DNA of 64,000 nt, taken from the NCBI GenBank assembly GCA_951406725.2, contig OX597820.1, positions 59,024,001 to 59,088,000 of the forward strand. The letters run 5' to 3'. The stretch is from Octopus vulgaris (lineage: Eukaryota). The position numbers and the translations under genes were made by a program. Under the pieces are notes generated by a model. That model saw nothing but the letters and a program-made list of their open reading frames with translations, ran no database searches and was not told the origin of the DNA. Shown one piece after another: positions 52,498 through 64,000 of the stretch (within the stretch, counting starts at the first letter, position 1; each line of letters opens with the position of its first letter).

Positions 52498-53370
52498 CAT
52501 ATCCATTTACCAACAAATTTCAAGAAATTCTTTGTCAATACTTTTACTAGACAAGCATCATCAACCCAACATGCCCATATCTTTGACAAACGAGTATTAG
52601 AACCAGAATACAGTTTGTCTTCAAATCCTAAATTAAAGACGACAACAGTATCGAAAAACAAACCAAATCAAAGTAATGCTCGGGAAATTGCAATGGTAAA
52701 AGCTTTCTGGAATCGAGACGATGATGGCATTCATGGCATTGCTGGTCCTACGGTAGAATTTAAACGAAACGTCTTCCAGAAACCCATGAAAATTCAAGAA
52801 AATTTGGTAAAACCAATAGAAGTTGAAAGAATAAGCAATAAAGATCTTGAGAAACACGTAAAATCGAAATTCAATCTACTGTTTGATAACCAGAAGGGAA
52901 ATATGGATGTCTTGAACAAAAGAGATATTGCTTCTAAATATTCATTAGTTACCACAAATCGAATAAGAAAGACAAGTGCATCTAAAGACCGTTTGGATCA
53001 AATAAAACGAGTATTTTCTAATAGTAATCAGATGAATAATCTTTCAAAACCAGAGAAACGAAAGATATTGCAAGTTACAGCCAAATTATATGACGTCCAC
53101 CAAAGAAAAAGGGAAAGCTTTTATAATATACGCAATAAACCAAAGCAGTTAAGTGCTAAACGAAATACATTCAACGAACTCGGGGCATTGGGTGCAGATA
53201 ACTCAAAACACTCTTTGTTTGAACGACGAAATAAGTCAAATGCTAAGATATCAAAAGATGCTAAACGAATTAAAACAGTCAATAGTCGCAGGAAGACAAG
53301 AATCCCGAAAGACGTTTCTAAAGAATCCAGAAGTGTTTTTCGAACTGATACAGGGAACATTTACGACACG
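52498..53370 (+). CDS. Gene X large basic exon, 291 codons, 8 KR sites
   Basis: 873-nt open frame in AT-rich DNA, tttgcag acceptor, ACG|gtaagc donor. The 3' continuation is not resolved. Confidence 0.75.
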
Positions 53371-53771
53371 GTAAGCATAGATAACTTTGTTGCTGTTGTT
53401 GTTACTGTGATTCTTTTGAGCATTCTTTCTTGAAACATGCAATTCTACTCACTACTGATGTTGTTGATAATAGGTCTGCAAAGACCTAAGGTCAATCTTG
53501 ATTGATCAGATTTGATATCAAAGGCGTGCAAGCGGTGTCCATTGTGTATTTTGTATGTCCTGTGTTTCCCCTTTATTTAAGGCAGTAAAATATGATTTGA
53601 GGGAGATTTAGCTGTTATTTCTAGCAAGGTATCTGAATACGTAGATATGTCGGCTCATTTCCTGAGGTTTACTGTGATGTCATATTGTCTTAGACGTTTT
53701 CTAATATAGGTTTTCGATTGCATGTTCTGAAACCTATATGCATAATTGTCCTTGCGCTTATCGGGTAAATT

Positions 53772-53947
53772 CACTAGCGTAGCTAGAGTGTGCATCGCAT
53801 TGGGCGGCCCTTCTGTTTGCTGCATCCGGACTCCACAAAAAACCGCATATTGCCTACAGCAAACCCCAAATTACCCACACACACACACACTTTGAAAGTG
53901 CAGCCCGGGGCGGACCGCCTCTACCGTCCCCACTATCTACGCTAGTG
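53772..53947. mobile_element. hAT-type MITE
   Basis: TIR CACTAGCGTAG / CTACGCTAGTG with a perfect 8-bp TSD GGTAAATT. A related end lies near 20180-20225. Confidence 0.85.
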
Positions 53948-54079
53948 GGTAAATTATATGCGCTTTTGATTTCTTTCGTTAGATGTCTGCGTTTGTGTGT
54001 GTGTATGTGTGCATGTGTATATTTGTGCGTAACATAAACACACGTGTACATATATGTATGTGTGTGTGTGTGTGTAAAA

Positions 54080-54745
54080 TATTGGGTTGTCCAGAAAGTT
54101 CGTGCCGATTTTTAAAGGAAAGAAAATGGTCAATAAATACTTGCCATCACATTTTTAATCAACCAAAAATGAACCATTTTGTTGCACAATGCGTCTCCAT
54201 CTTTCCTTTAACTTGAAAATACCCTCTTCCCAGAATTGAGGTGGTTTCATGGCAAAGAATTCATCAAGGTATCTTTTTAGAAAATCCAAGGAATTGACAT
54301 TTTTAACATTAAGACTATTCTGCAGAGACCTGAATAAGTGGAAATCCCAGAGAGCAATATCTGGTGAATATGGAGGGTGGGGTAACACATCTCAGCCGAG
54401 TTGCAGCAATTTTTGTCTGGTTCCCAAATAAACGTGCGGTCTTGCATTATCATTTTGAAAAACAACACCCTTCCTGTTGGCCAATTCTGGACGTTTCTCT
54501 TGAGTTGCTGCTTTTAACTCATCCAGTTGTGTGCAGTATTTCTCAGAATTAATAGTCTGGTTACTTGGGAGAAGCTCATAGTACAGAATTCCTTTCCAAT
54601 CCCTCCAGACACAAAGCAAGACTTTTTTAGGGTGAAGACCCGCTTTTGGGGTGGCTAAGGGTGGCTCATGTCGCTTACTCCAGGATCACTTTCTCTGAAC
54701 ATTTCGATAGATAATACTTTCTCATCACCTGTCACAATTTGCTTT
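54080..54745 (-). mobile_element. Mariner (DD34D) remnant, C-terminal half plus one TIR
   Basis: MLCVWRDWKGILYYELL, DNARPH, HPPYSPDIALWDFHLFRSLQN. Ends TATTGGGTTGTCCAGAAAG. Confidence 0.9.
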
Positions 54746-54799
54746 AAAATTTAAACTGCATACTATATGGCCTTATAATTAGGAAAATTTTACTGATTG

Positions 54800-55085
54800 A
54801 ATTATAGGGGTAAAAAAATTTAGAATTATTTATCACCAGTGGTTTGCATGCGTAATAAAAGTCATAAGACAACATATTTTCATACGTAAGAGTGTATAAA
54901 TATTTATACACAGAGAGGAGACACTTTAGAATTATTTTTTAGCATGTAAGGAGTCCTGTCAAGGGTCTTCTTTCTGTGTATAAATCTTTCTAAACTCTTA
55001 TTTATGAAAACATGTTGTCTTATGACTTTTATTACGCATGCGAACCACTGGTAATAAATTATTCTAAATTGTTTACCCCTATAAT
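54800..55085. repeat. Inverted repeat (about 85-bp arms)
   Basis: 54800-54885 is the reverse complement of 55002-55085. Confidence 0.8.
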
Positions 55086-55117
55086 TTACACAGTAATATT
55101 TATATATATGAGTGTGT

Positions 55118-55177
<60 letters not shown>

Positions 55178-55974
55178 TGGATCTTACAAGCGTGAAGTGG
55201 ATTCGATCCACCATAGCCAAATTTAAATAAACACCAGAACAGAACTTTTACCATAGCGAAACAAAGGTTTTTCTATGACTGCAGTTTTGCATTTTCCAGA
55301 TGCCTTTAGCTAGGCCGAAATAATGTCTTCACCACTTGACCCTTTCTAACCTCTTCTACTTCACCAAAAGCTAGAATAGAGATGAGACCACCAAATAAAT
55401 ATATTGTTCTCAATGATATATTTATCCTTCCGGATAGTTATAAAAGCAAGAACACTCCAAACAAAAATCAGTTGGTGAGGACTCAACCAAGTAGTCACTT
55501 AGCAACAATTGAGCGAGGCGGCTCGTAACGACTCAATTAGTTAGGGAACGGACTGCTAGAATCATGATCACAAGGAATGCAGCTACTAAAGACAATGGTC
55601 AGTGAGAGAAATGAAATTTACTGTCAGCAACTGTGAGACAACGTCCCACAAACCTACAACTTTCACTAGCTCTAATTCTGTTCTCTTACAACATCATCTA
55701 TCGCTATCTGTGGATTACTGCTAACAATTTGTGTACGCCAAACTAGGCAAAAAAAAATTCTACCACATCTAACTTTCTTTCGCATGCTCTCAGATTTTAT
55801 AACCTGATGTCGAGGTATGGTATTTTTCAACGTAACGTTGAATAAATATTCTTAAAACTTCATGCATTGTTCATTTTTCACATCCTACAGTATGCCATTA
55901 TAACAACAATTTTTTATCGTTACAACTGCTGACACCGACATTTCATAATATTGTTTACTAATCAATTTCTTCCG

Positions 55975-56034
<60 letters not shown>

Positions 56035-56419
56035 GCATGCATGCATGCATGTATGCATGTATGTATGCATGCATGCATGTATGTATGTATGTATGTATGT
56101 ATATTCTAATAGAAACATATGTACCGTCTGTAAAAAACATAAATCCGAAAGAAGAAGCACACTATAAGATGCAGAGACGTATATAGTATAAATGGGGAGG
56201 CTGGTTTATGGGATTACGTTAGGTTTCCTGTCCATAAAGGGTTTAGCTTTATGGCCTATCGTCAGATCCCAAGACCTATTTGCCCAAGACCTCTTGAAAA
56301 TATGAAGGAGGAAAGGAGGAAATGCCTCACTACTCATAGATAACAATTGGGAATTATATCCCTTTGCTATTGGCTATCGACTTCCGACTGTGCCGCCATC
56401 TTGTGGGCTCCAAAACGCT

Positions 56420-56735
56420 AGCTCCTGAAATGTAAACATGGCCCGAAAATTTCTGTTCTGGAATTAAGAATGTTCCCTTGTTCGAGTGAGTCCTTTATAA
56501 TTCTTGCCCGTTCAGCTATGCATAACTTGCAACGTTTTGTTCCGTTGATGTAGGGACCTAGGTTCTGGAGGATTTTCCATGAGATCAAGTGTGGAATCCC
56601 ATCGTCTCTTAGCTGTCAGACGTGGCTGGCCAGTGATGTTACGTATCTCCTTTCCTGAACTCTGAAGGAGGACCTGTGGTTGGAGAGACGTTACTTGAAA
56701 GACTTTCCTGAACATCCAATGTATCTCTATGAGCG
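56420..56735 (-). mobile_element. Penelope-like GIY-YIG endonuclease remnant
   Basis: YIGCSGKSFK*RLSNHRSSF..TSLASHV*QL..ISWKIL..CKLCIAER..LNSRTEIFGPCLH. Confidence 0.85.
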
Positions 56736-57333
56736 TGTGTTGTCGGCGCTGTCTTTGTATCTGCTGGTGTTGTTGTTGTTGCTGCCGCCGCCGCCGACAT
56801 GCATACATACATACATACATACATACATACATACATACATACATACATACATACACATACTACTTTTCAATATAACTGGAATGTTTATTTAAAAGACTAG
56901 CTTATATAGGTATTACATATTTTTGCCAAAACCGAGTTTTAAGAGTTTAACATGAAACATTAAACATTTAATCGTTCACTAGCTGACATTTTTATAGGTA
57001 AAAGTGTTGAGAATAAAAGTTACAGAACAATAAAACAAAATGCACATAAAAAGAGGTGTAGATGCATTTTAGTGTACATGGAAAGGGACGGAGAGGAAGA
57101 AAATATTCAGGGACACAAAAGAAGGGAAAGAGGAAAAGTATAGGAACAGAGAAGGATAGGCAGAGTTAAGTGTGTAAGTGAATAATAGAGCATGTATGCT
57201 GCACGCAGATAGAAGGAAGTAGCACTCATCTCTCTCTCTCCCTTTCTTTCTCTCTCTCTCCCTTTCTTTCTCTCTCTCTCCCTCTCTCTTTTTCTCATAT
57301 ACTTAAACAATCTATCTATTTACACACACACAC

Positions 57334-57429
<96 letters not shown>

Positions 57430-57560
57430 TTCTGTGTTCCTTTCTGTAGAAGAGCGTAGGCTCGAAACGTTAAAGACTTTTTCATTTCCCGAGCGTTATA
57501 CTAATACAGCTGTTTGTTGTCTACCTGTCTTTGTCTTTTGCTTTTTGTGTGTGAATTCTC

Positions 57561-57607
<47 letters not shown>

Positions 57608-57611
<4 letters not shown>

Positions 57612-57903
57612 AAATGAAGAAAATGCTGACAAAATAATTCAAGTAATTTAAGTAATTTAATTAGGTGAAAGTTCTTTTTACCGGTTGCGCATTTGTTATG
57701 CTTATCAAAAGATATTTTTTTAAGAGAGAAAGAGTTCCTTTCTGATAGATTTTTTCCTCTTATCTATCAGAAAGGAACTCTTTCTCTCTTAAAAAATATC
57801 TTTTGATAAGCATAATAAATGCGCAACCGGTAAAAAGAACTTTCACCTAATTAAATTACTTAAATTACTTAAATTATTTTGTCAGCATTTTCTTCATTTC
57901 CTT
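57608..57903. repeat. Near-perfect fold-back hairpin (about 143-bp arms, 11-nt loop 57751-57761)
   Basis: Direct reverse-complement match, flanked by (TA)n. Confidence 0.92.
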
Positions 57904-57941
57904 TTTTATATATCACAACTCGTGTTCCACATCTCCTTTTT

Positions 57942-58060
<119 letters not shown>

Positions 58061-58137
58061 GAAGCAGCACGAAAGTACTTCTTTTTTCCTTTAATCGGAC
58101 AGGATATGTATTTGCGACATTAAGTGACTTTTATAAA

Positions 58138-58180
58138 AATATTACCGGTTTCGGTGTGTATGTCCATCTTATCAAATATT
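58138..58180 (-). ncRNA. Hammerhead-like motif, U3-A8 variant
   Basis: aatat TTGATAA gatg-loop-cacc GAAA ccgg TA atatt, with palindromic stem III ACCGGT and one stem II mismatch. Confidence 0.45.
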
Positions 58181-59339
58181 AAAAATTCAAAGTCAAGGAT
58201 TAAGAAATAAGGAAAAATTAGAAAATTAAAACTGCCATAAGCTTATGACTCCCTCTGTCTATTCTATCTATATGGGCTATGTTTCTCTTCCCAAAATAAC
58301 GTCTGTATGTCTCTCCCTAAAATCCACCACAATCCCTATAACTCTTGATTATTCTCAATTAACTCTTATTTCATGCTTAGATCGTAACAGAAGAGAAACG
58401 GTTTGACAGACTCTGGAAAGCAATCCAACATCTTTTCCCTTCTGAATGGGATGCTGGGAAATCCAGCTTCACAATGCTGACATTTGGTAAGACCTTCCAG
58501 TTTCATTATACTAGAAGAAAGACTGCCCTCCGGGCGATTTTCTGTTGTTAAATGACATTTACACGAATAAGGGATACAAAGGAAAATCAGACGTAACGTA
58601 GAAAATTTACACAAATTCTTTTCTACTCTTGGCACAAGGCCGGAAATTTTGGGGGAGGGTGCCAGTCGATTAGATCGACCCCAGTACCCAACTGGTACTT
58701 AATTTATCGAGCCCGAAAGGATGAAAGGCAAGGTCGACCTCGGCGGAATTTGAACTCAGAAAAAATTTACACAAATTAGAAATATAATGTCACCATCAAC
58801 ATCATCATCATCATCATTTAACGTCCGTTTTTCCATGTAGGCATGTGTTGGACATCGACAGGAGCTAGCAAATCAGAAAACCGTGCCAAGCTTGGCTGCC
58901 TGTTTTCCTACAGCTAGATGCTCATCCTAAAACCAACCACTTTACAGAGTGTACTGAAGTGCTATTTACGTGGCACCAGTAGCAATGAGGTTGCTAAATA
59001 AGTTACAAGACATTTGGCGGCTTAACTGCTGCTGGTGCCATGCAAAAAGTACTCAGTACAGTCTTTCAAGTGGTCGGCATTAGGAAGCATGCCAAAGAAG
59101 ATGACAGATTTTGGTGCAGTTTTCTGACTTGTCAAACAGTCCAGACATTAACTGATGGTGGAGGAGGTGGTGGTGGTGGTGGTGGTGGTGGTGGTCGTCG
59201 TCGTCGTCGTCGTCGTGATGTTAATGATTTCTACTTTGTGTCTAATTTTCTTTTGTGTCCCTATTTGTCTAATAGTAGTTACTCGCTCAGTAAATAAATT
59301 TAGGACATAAGTACAGAACTGTGCCTTCACCTGACTTTT

Positions 59340-60535
59340 GTTTCTTTATAACTTTTCTAAAAAAAAAGCAGGATGATTTTTAATGAAACGTAATCAATAT
59401 CTATGAAGCTGAAGTGCGACAAAGTTGTTTGATTTCTTGGTTATTTATCTCATTTTGGGATGGGTTTAACGGGCGGTAGATGGGGTCGGATTGGCGCCAA
59501 AATTTACACTGGGGGTAAAATGGGGTGGGCAATGGTGTGAGGAGGGTTTCAAGTCGCTCGGGGCTACCGTTTTGTTGCCATGGTGAGGAATATGGGAAAA
59601 CGAAGCACGGGTCAAAATAGCTAGTCTACATTTCAGATGTAGATTACGATTATATCAGAATTTATTGCCAAAAGCTTTTTCGGAGGAGGCGAGTTGCAGA
59701 TAATCCATTTGCCTCAACTTTTTTTTCTCATGACTTTCAGAAAAGTAGATGTTTTTAAGAAAATTTTCTATAAATACCTTTTATGTGGTGTAAATTGCGG
59801 TTAAGCCAGAATTTAATGTGCAAAAAAAAAAAAAAAAAAAGAAAGAAATTGTTAGTGGACGGATATCTCAGGCATTTCGACTTTGTTTCCTCGTGTGTTT
59901 TTTTGATAATGTAGATCACGATTATCGTGAAAAAAATTATGGTATACCTACACAAGTGTGTCCCCCTAACTTTGTTTCCACATAACTTTTAGGAAAATAG
60001 ATATCTTTTAATGAAATTTTCTACAAATACGCTTCATATGGTGTAGATTCAGATTATGTCATAGTTTGTTGTGTAAAAATTTTTACGTGAATGGGGAGAG
60101 GAATTTCGGAAAATTCGCGCGAGTCAACTTTGTTTCCTTATAACTTTCAGAAAATGGGTATTTTTTAATGAAATTTTCAATAAATACCTTTCAGAGTGTG
60201 TAGATGGCGATTATGTCGGAATTTTATATATAAAAGAAAATTGATGGGCTCGAACACGTACATACTGATACACATTACATATATCCACAAAATAAATCTT
60301 GAAATTTCGCAAAAAACTTGTGACGTATGTCAGTATGTGTACATACTCTCCCTTTACTCCTTTTACTCTTTTACCTGTTTTAGTCATTTGACTGTGGCCA
60401 CGCTGGAGCACCGCCTTTAGTTGAGCAAATCGACCCCAGGACTTATTCTTTTTAAGCCTTGTCTCTTTTGCCGAACCGCTAAGTTACGGGGACGTAAACA
60501 CACCAGCATTGGTTGTCAAGCGATGTTGGGGGGGA

Positions 60536-60577
<42 letters not shown>

Positions 60578-61320
60578 AATATATATACGACGGGCTTCTT
60601 TCAGTTTCCGTCTACCAAATCCACTCACAAAGCTTTGATCGGCCCAAGGCTACAGTAGAAGACACTTGCTCATGGTGCCACGCAGTGGGACTGAACCCGG
60701 AATCATGTGGTTGGTAAGCAAGCTATTTACCACATACCCACTCCTCATCTTTTTTTTCTTTTCACATCAAATTCTGATTTTTAGAATAATGGATATATCT
60801 TGATGAAATTTTCATATGGTTACATTACGATTATATTGGAATTTAATGTGAAAAAAATTGGGGGCGGATATTTCAGGCATCTTGACGTTATTTCTTTGTT
60901 TTAATTATGCATATTACAATAATGTTGCGGGGGGATCCTTTTAAGGACTGCTCAATACCTTCCCAAAAATTATCCAATAGAAATCTTCGTAGAAAGAGGA
61001 GTACAATTTGTATTAATTATTGAACATGTATTTCTTTCATAATTTTTTGTAGCAGTCCTAAGCTCTCCATTTTAAATAAACTCAAAGGTAACCCTTTCTC
61101 TACGTGGTCGTTTAGTATCCTAGAAAAAGCAAGGATCAAATGAGACTCAAAAGTAATTTTTGCATACCTACACAAGTGTGTCCTCTCGACTTTGATTCCT
61201 CATAACTTCCAGAAAAGAGGATATATTTTAATGAAATGTTCAACAAATACGGTTCTGATGGAGTAGATTTCGATTATATCGGAATTTGTGGTGATTTTTT
61301 AAAAAAATTATTCGGTGAAT
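59340..61320. repeat. Degenerate tandem repeat array, interrupted by SINE family 2 at about 60360-60745
   Basis: Recurrent ataactttcagaaaa..tttttaatgaaattttc..aaatac..gtgtagattacgattatatcggaattt block, about 6 copies. Confidence 0.65.
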
Positions 61321-61676
61321 CTAATACTCATAGTATTTGGACATAACACTACTGACATCACAACTCATTGCCTCATGACTTCTAACTTTGTTGTAATTCA
61401 ACCAATGAGGGAGCCACTAAGTGACTGTTAGCCGGTGAGTGAGTCTCCATGGTTGTGAGGCAAAGAGAGACCCTTTATAGAATTATGACTCAAAATTGCA
61501 ACCAAAATTCTTGGCTGTCTTCAAAAGAGAAGGACACATTGGATAACAACGTCCCAGGTACACTATATCCAAAACGATGTAGAAATTCTGCCAAAGCCAG
61601 AATGCCTTTGGTCAGTTCAGTCAGAGCCTAGGTTTGAACAGCAACAACAATGATTTTGCGATATGTCTATTTTCAG

Positions 61677-61785
61677 GCTCTCTTCACATGACATTCTTTG
61701 CTGCCAAAATTGGTTTGTTGTACCCCCAGTCTGTCGTAGTAAATGTAGTGTTACAGAAACATGCTATTGCCATGGAATCTTACAG
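61677..61785 (+). other. Candidate exon, possibly a downstream part of gene X
   Basis: Strong tctattttcag acceptor and CAG|gtaagt donor. Two frames are open, one Cys-rich. Confidence 0.35.
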
Positions 61786-61954
61786 GTAAGTCTACTTTAC
61801 TTATTTAGTATGTGAATGTTACAGCAAAGAACCATACATAACCACACTGACTTCGAAGAAATAACTGCCAAATCCTTCTAAAATCATATCCCTACCATCT
61901 TTTAAAAATGAAATATAAAAATGTATGCCCAGCGACAATATGTCTTTTCTCCTC

Positions 61955-62560
61955 TTGGCACAAGGCACAAAATTTTGAGGGGGTGGGGCAGTCGATTTGA
62001 TTGACCCGAGTACGCAACTGGTACTTAATTTATCGACTCTGAAAGGATGAAAGGCAAAGTTGACCTCGGCGGAATTTGAACTCAGAACGTAAAGACAGAC
62101 GAAGTACCGCTAAGCATTTCGCCCAGCGTTCTAACGTTTCTTATTTCTTTATTGCCCACCAGGGGCTACACACAGAAGGGACAAACAAGAACAGACAAAT
62201 GGATTAAGTCGATTATATCGACCCCAGTGCGTAACTGGTGCTTATTTAATCGACCCCGAAAGGATGAAAGGCAAAGTCGACCTCGGCGGAATTTGAACAC
62301 AGAACGTAAAGACAAACGAAATATCTTTTTCTTTATTGCCCACAAGGGGCTAAACATAGAGGGGACAAACAAGGACAGACTAACGGATTAAGTCGATAAC
62401 ATCGACCCCAGTGCGTAACTGGTACTTATTTAATCGACCCCAAAAGGATGAAAGGCAAAGTCAACCTCGGCGGGATTTGAACTCAGAACGTAGCGGCAGA
62501 CGAAATACCGCTAAGCATTTCGCCCGGCATGCTAATGTTTCTGCCAGCTCGCCGCCGTCC
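61955..62560 (-). mobile_element. SINE family 1, three tandem units
   Basis: Core repeated three times, with the head ending ccagctcgccgcc at about 62556. Confidence 0.85.
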
Positions 62561-64000
62561 AGCGACATTATATCTGAAAACAAAATCAGACAGACTGGTC
62601 ACTAATGTATATCAAGTAACAGGGATAATAGTAAATGGTTTATGAATTAATCAAGATATGACTGATCAAGTTGAGGTAATACTATTCCACCAATATTTAC
62701 CTGAACTCCACTGTTTTGGCGGGGTTTGTTTGTCTTTTGTCTTGCTTGAGACATTGGCTTTTTCTACCTCCTTTCTCCCATTCTTATCATCCACTTCTTT
62801 GTACACCTAATACCTTGAACTTCTAACCTTTTCACACCACTTCTCTCTCTCTCTCTTTCATTCTCTCTCACTTTTCCCTCTCTCTCCCTTTCTTTTTCTC
62901 TCTCTCTTTCTCTTTCTCTCTCTCCCTTTTTATCTCTCTCTCCCTCTCTGTCTCTCTCACATACACTCATATACACACTCTTTGACGCTCTCTCACATAC
63001 ACACTTTCTCTCTCTTTTTTCGTCTTTGCAGATAAAGGATAATGGTTTAAAACATTAAATTCTCCATTCCTCACACTAATTCATATTTTCAATGAACTCT
63101 CCTGTTGATTAACTGTTGCTGACACAGATCATCCCCATCTTCCATATACTGTAGGTTTTACCCTATGATGGCAACAGTCAAAAGTAGTTGTACTGGTCAC
63201 ATGATGATGATGTAACGCTAAAGGACGATGGTAATCTGGAAAATGAGGATACCATTGACCAAATTAGGGAAATAATGGTCAAAAAATGGTAATAATATTC
63301 ATGGAATGGTATTCTTTGTTTGGTAAGACGGTGAGCTGATAGAAACATTAGCACGCCGGGCAAAATACTTAACGATATTTCGTCTGTCGTTACGTTCTGA
63401 GTTCAAATTCCGCCGAGGTCGACTTTGCCTTTCATTGATTGATTGAAATTGCAGAAATGCAAGAAATTAAACAACAAATAGCTTACAAACTACAGAATTT
63501 TCTCAAGAAAGTCGAGAGAAAAAGATGTTTAATGTAACACATTCTACCAGTATACGAAATTTAAAAGTGTTTAGTTACAAAGAAATTATTTTAAAAATCT
63601 GCCGGTCAAAGCGGAAAGATCCGGTGATGGTAGTAACATTAGCGATAACAGTGATGATGATCATTATTACCCCCGCCTTCACTTAGGTATTGTTTTCAGT
63701 CGTATTTGTTTGTTTGTTTCTTTGTTTGTTCGTAGAAAAGATATCTCAAGAACCGCTGGATGGATTTGGATGAAACTTTCAGGGATGTTTGGCCTCGTGA
63801 CTGGCACAAACATTAGATTTGGAGATCGATCCAGTACCGGACAAGGATTCTGGATTATTTTTCCTGTTTTTTAACTTCATTTTTGAGAGCGATCGGGTTC
63901 ATTTTTAGTATTCTCGTTTGTGAGAGCAGTCAAGATTATTTCAGATATTCTCATTTTAAAAATCATCTCTGGCTAATCGTTGAGAGGACGTTGATGTTGC

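Overview
AT-rich eukaryotic genomic DNA, dense in microsatellites, SINEs and transposon remnants. The repeat content points to an octopus, which is an inference. The window is organised as a large, recent, interrupted inverted duplication: about 1-14075 is mirrored in about 32422-52811. Each arm carries a head-to-head gene pair. (1) A cobalamin-processing CblC/MMACHC-like gene is complete in the left arm (4 exons, 9695-21141, +, 265 aa, with a remodelled active site). On the right it survives only as exon 2 plus an older, divergent exon 4 with a single TAG at the conserved Trp200. These two pieces are joined by a full-length hAT transposon lying exactly at the duplication breakpoint. (2) An unidentified multi-exon gene encoding a probably secreted, KR-rich protein ('gene X') is complete on the right (38461->53370, +) and internally deleted in frame on the left. 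Also present are Penelope-like GIY-YIG remnants, R4-like and Tx1-like LINE remnants, mariner, maT and pogo remnants, a Helitron, a hAT MITE, fold-back hairpins, and a set of minimal type I hammerhead ribozyme motifs with covarying 3-8 core pairs, one inside a tRNA-headed SINE-like element. Gene models were assembled by eye from splice sites and reading-frame phase. Homologies are recognised from memory, not from a database search.
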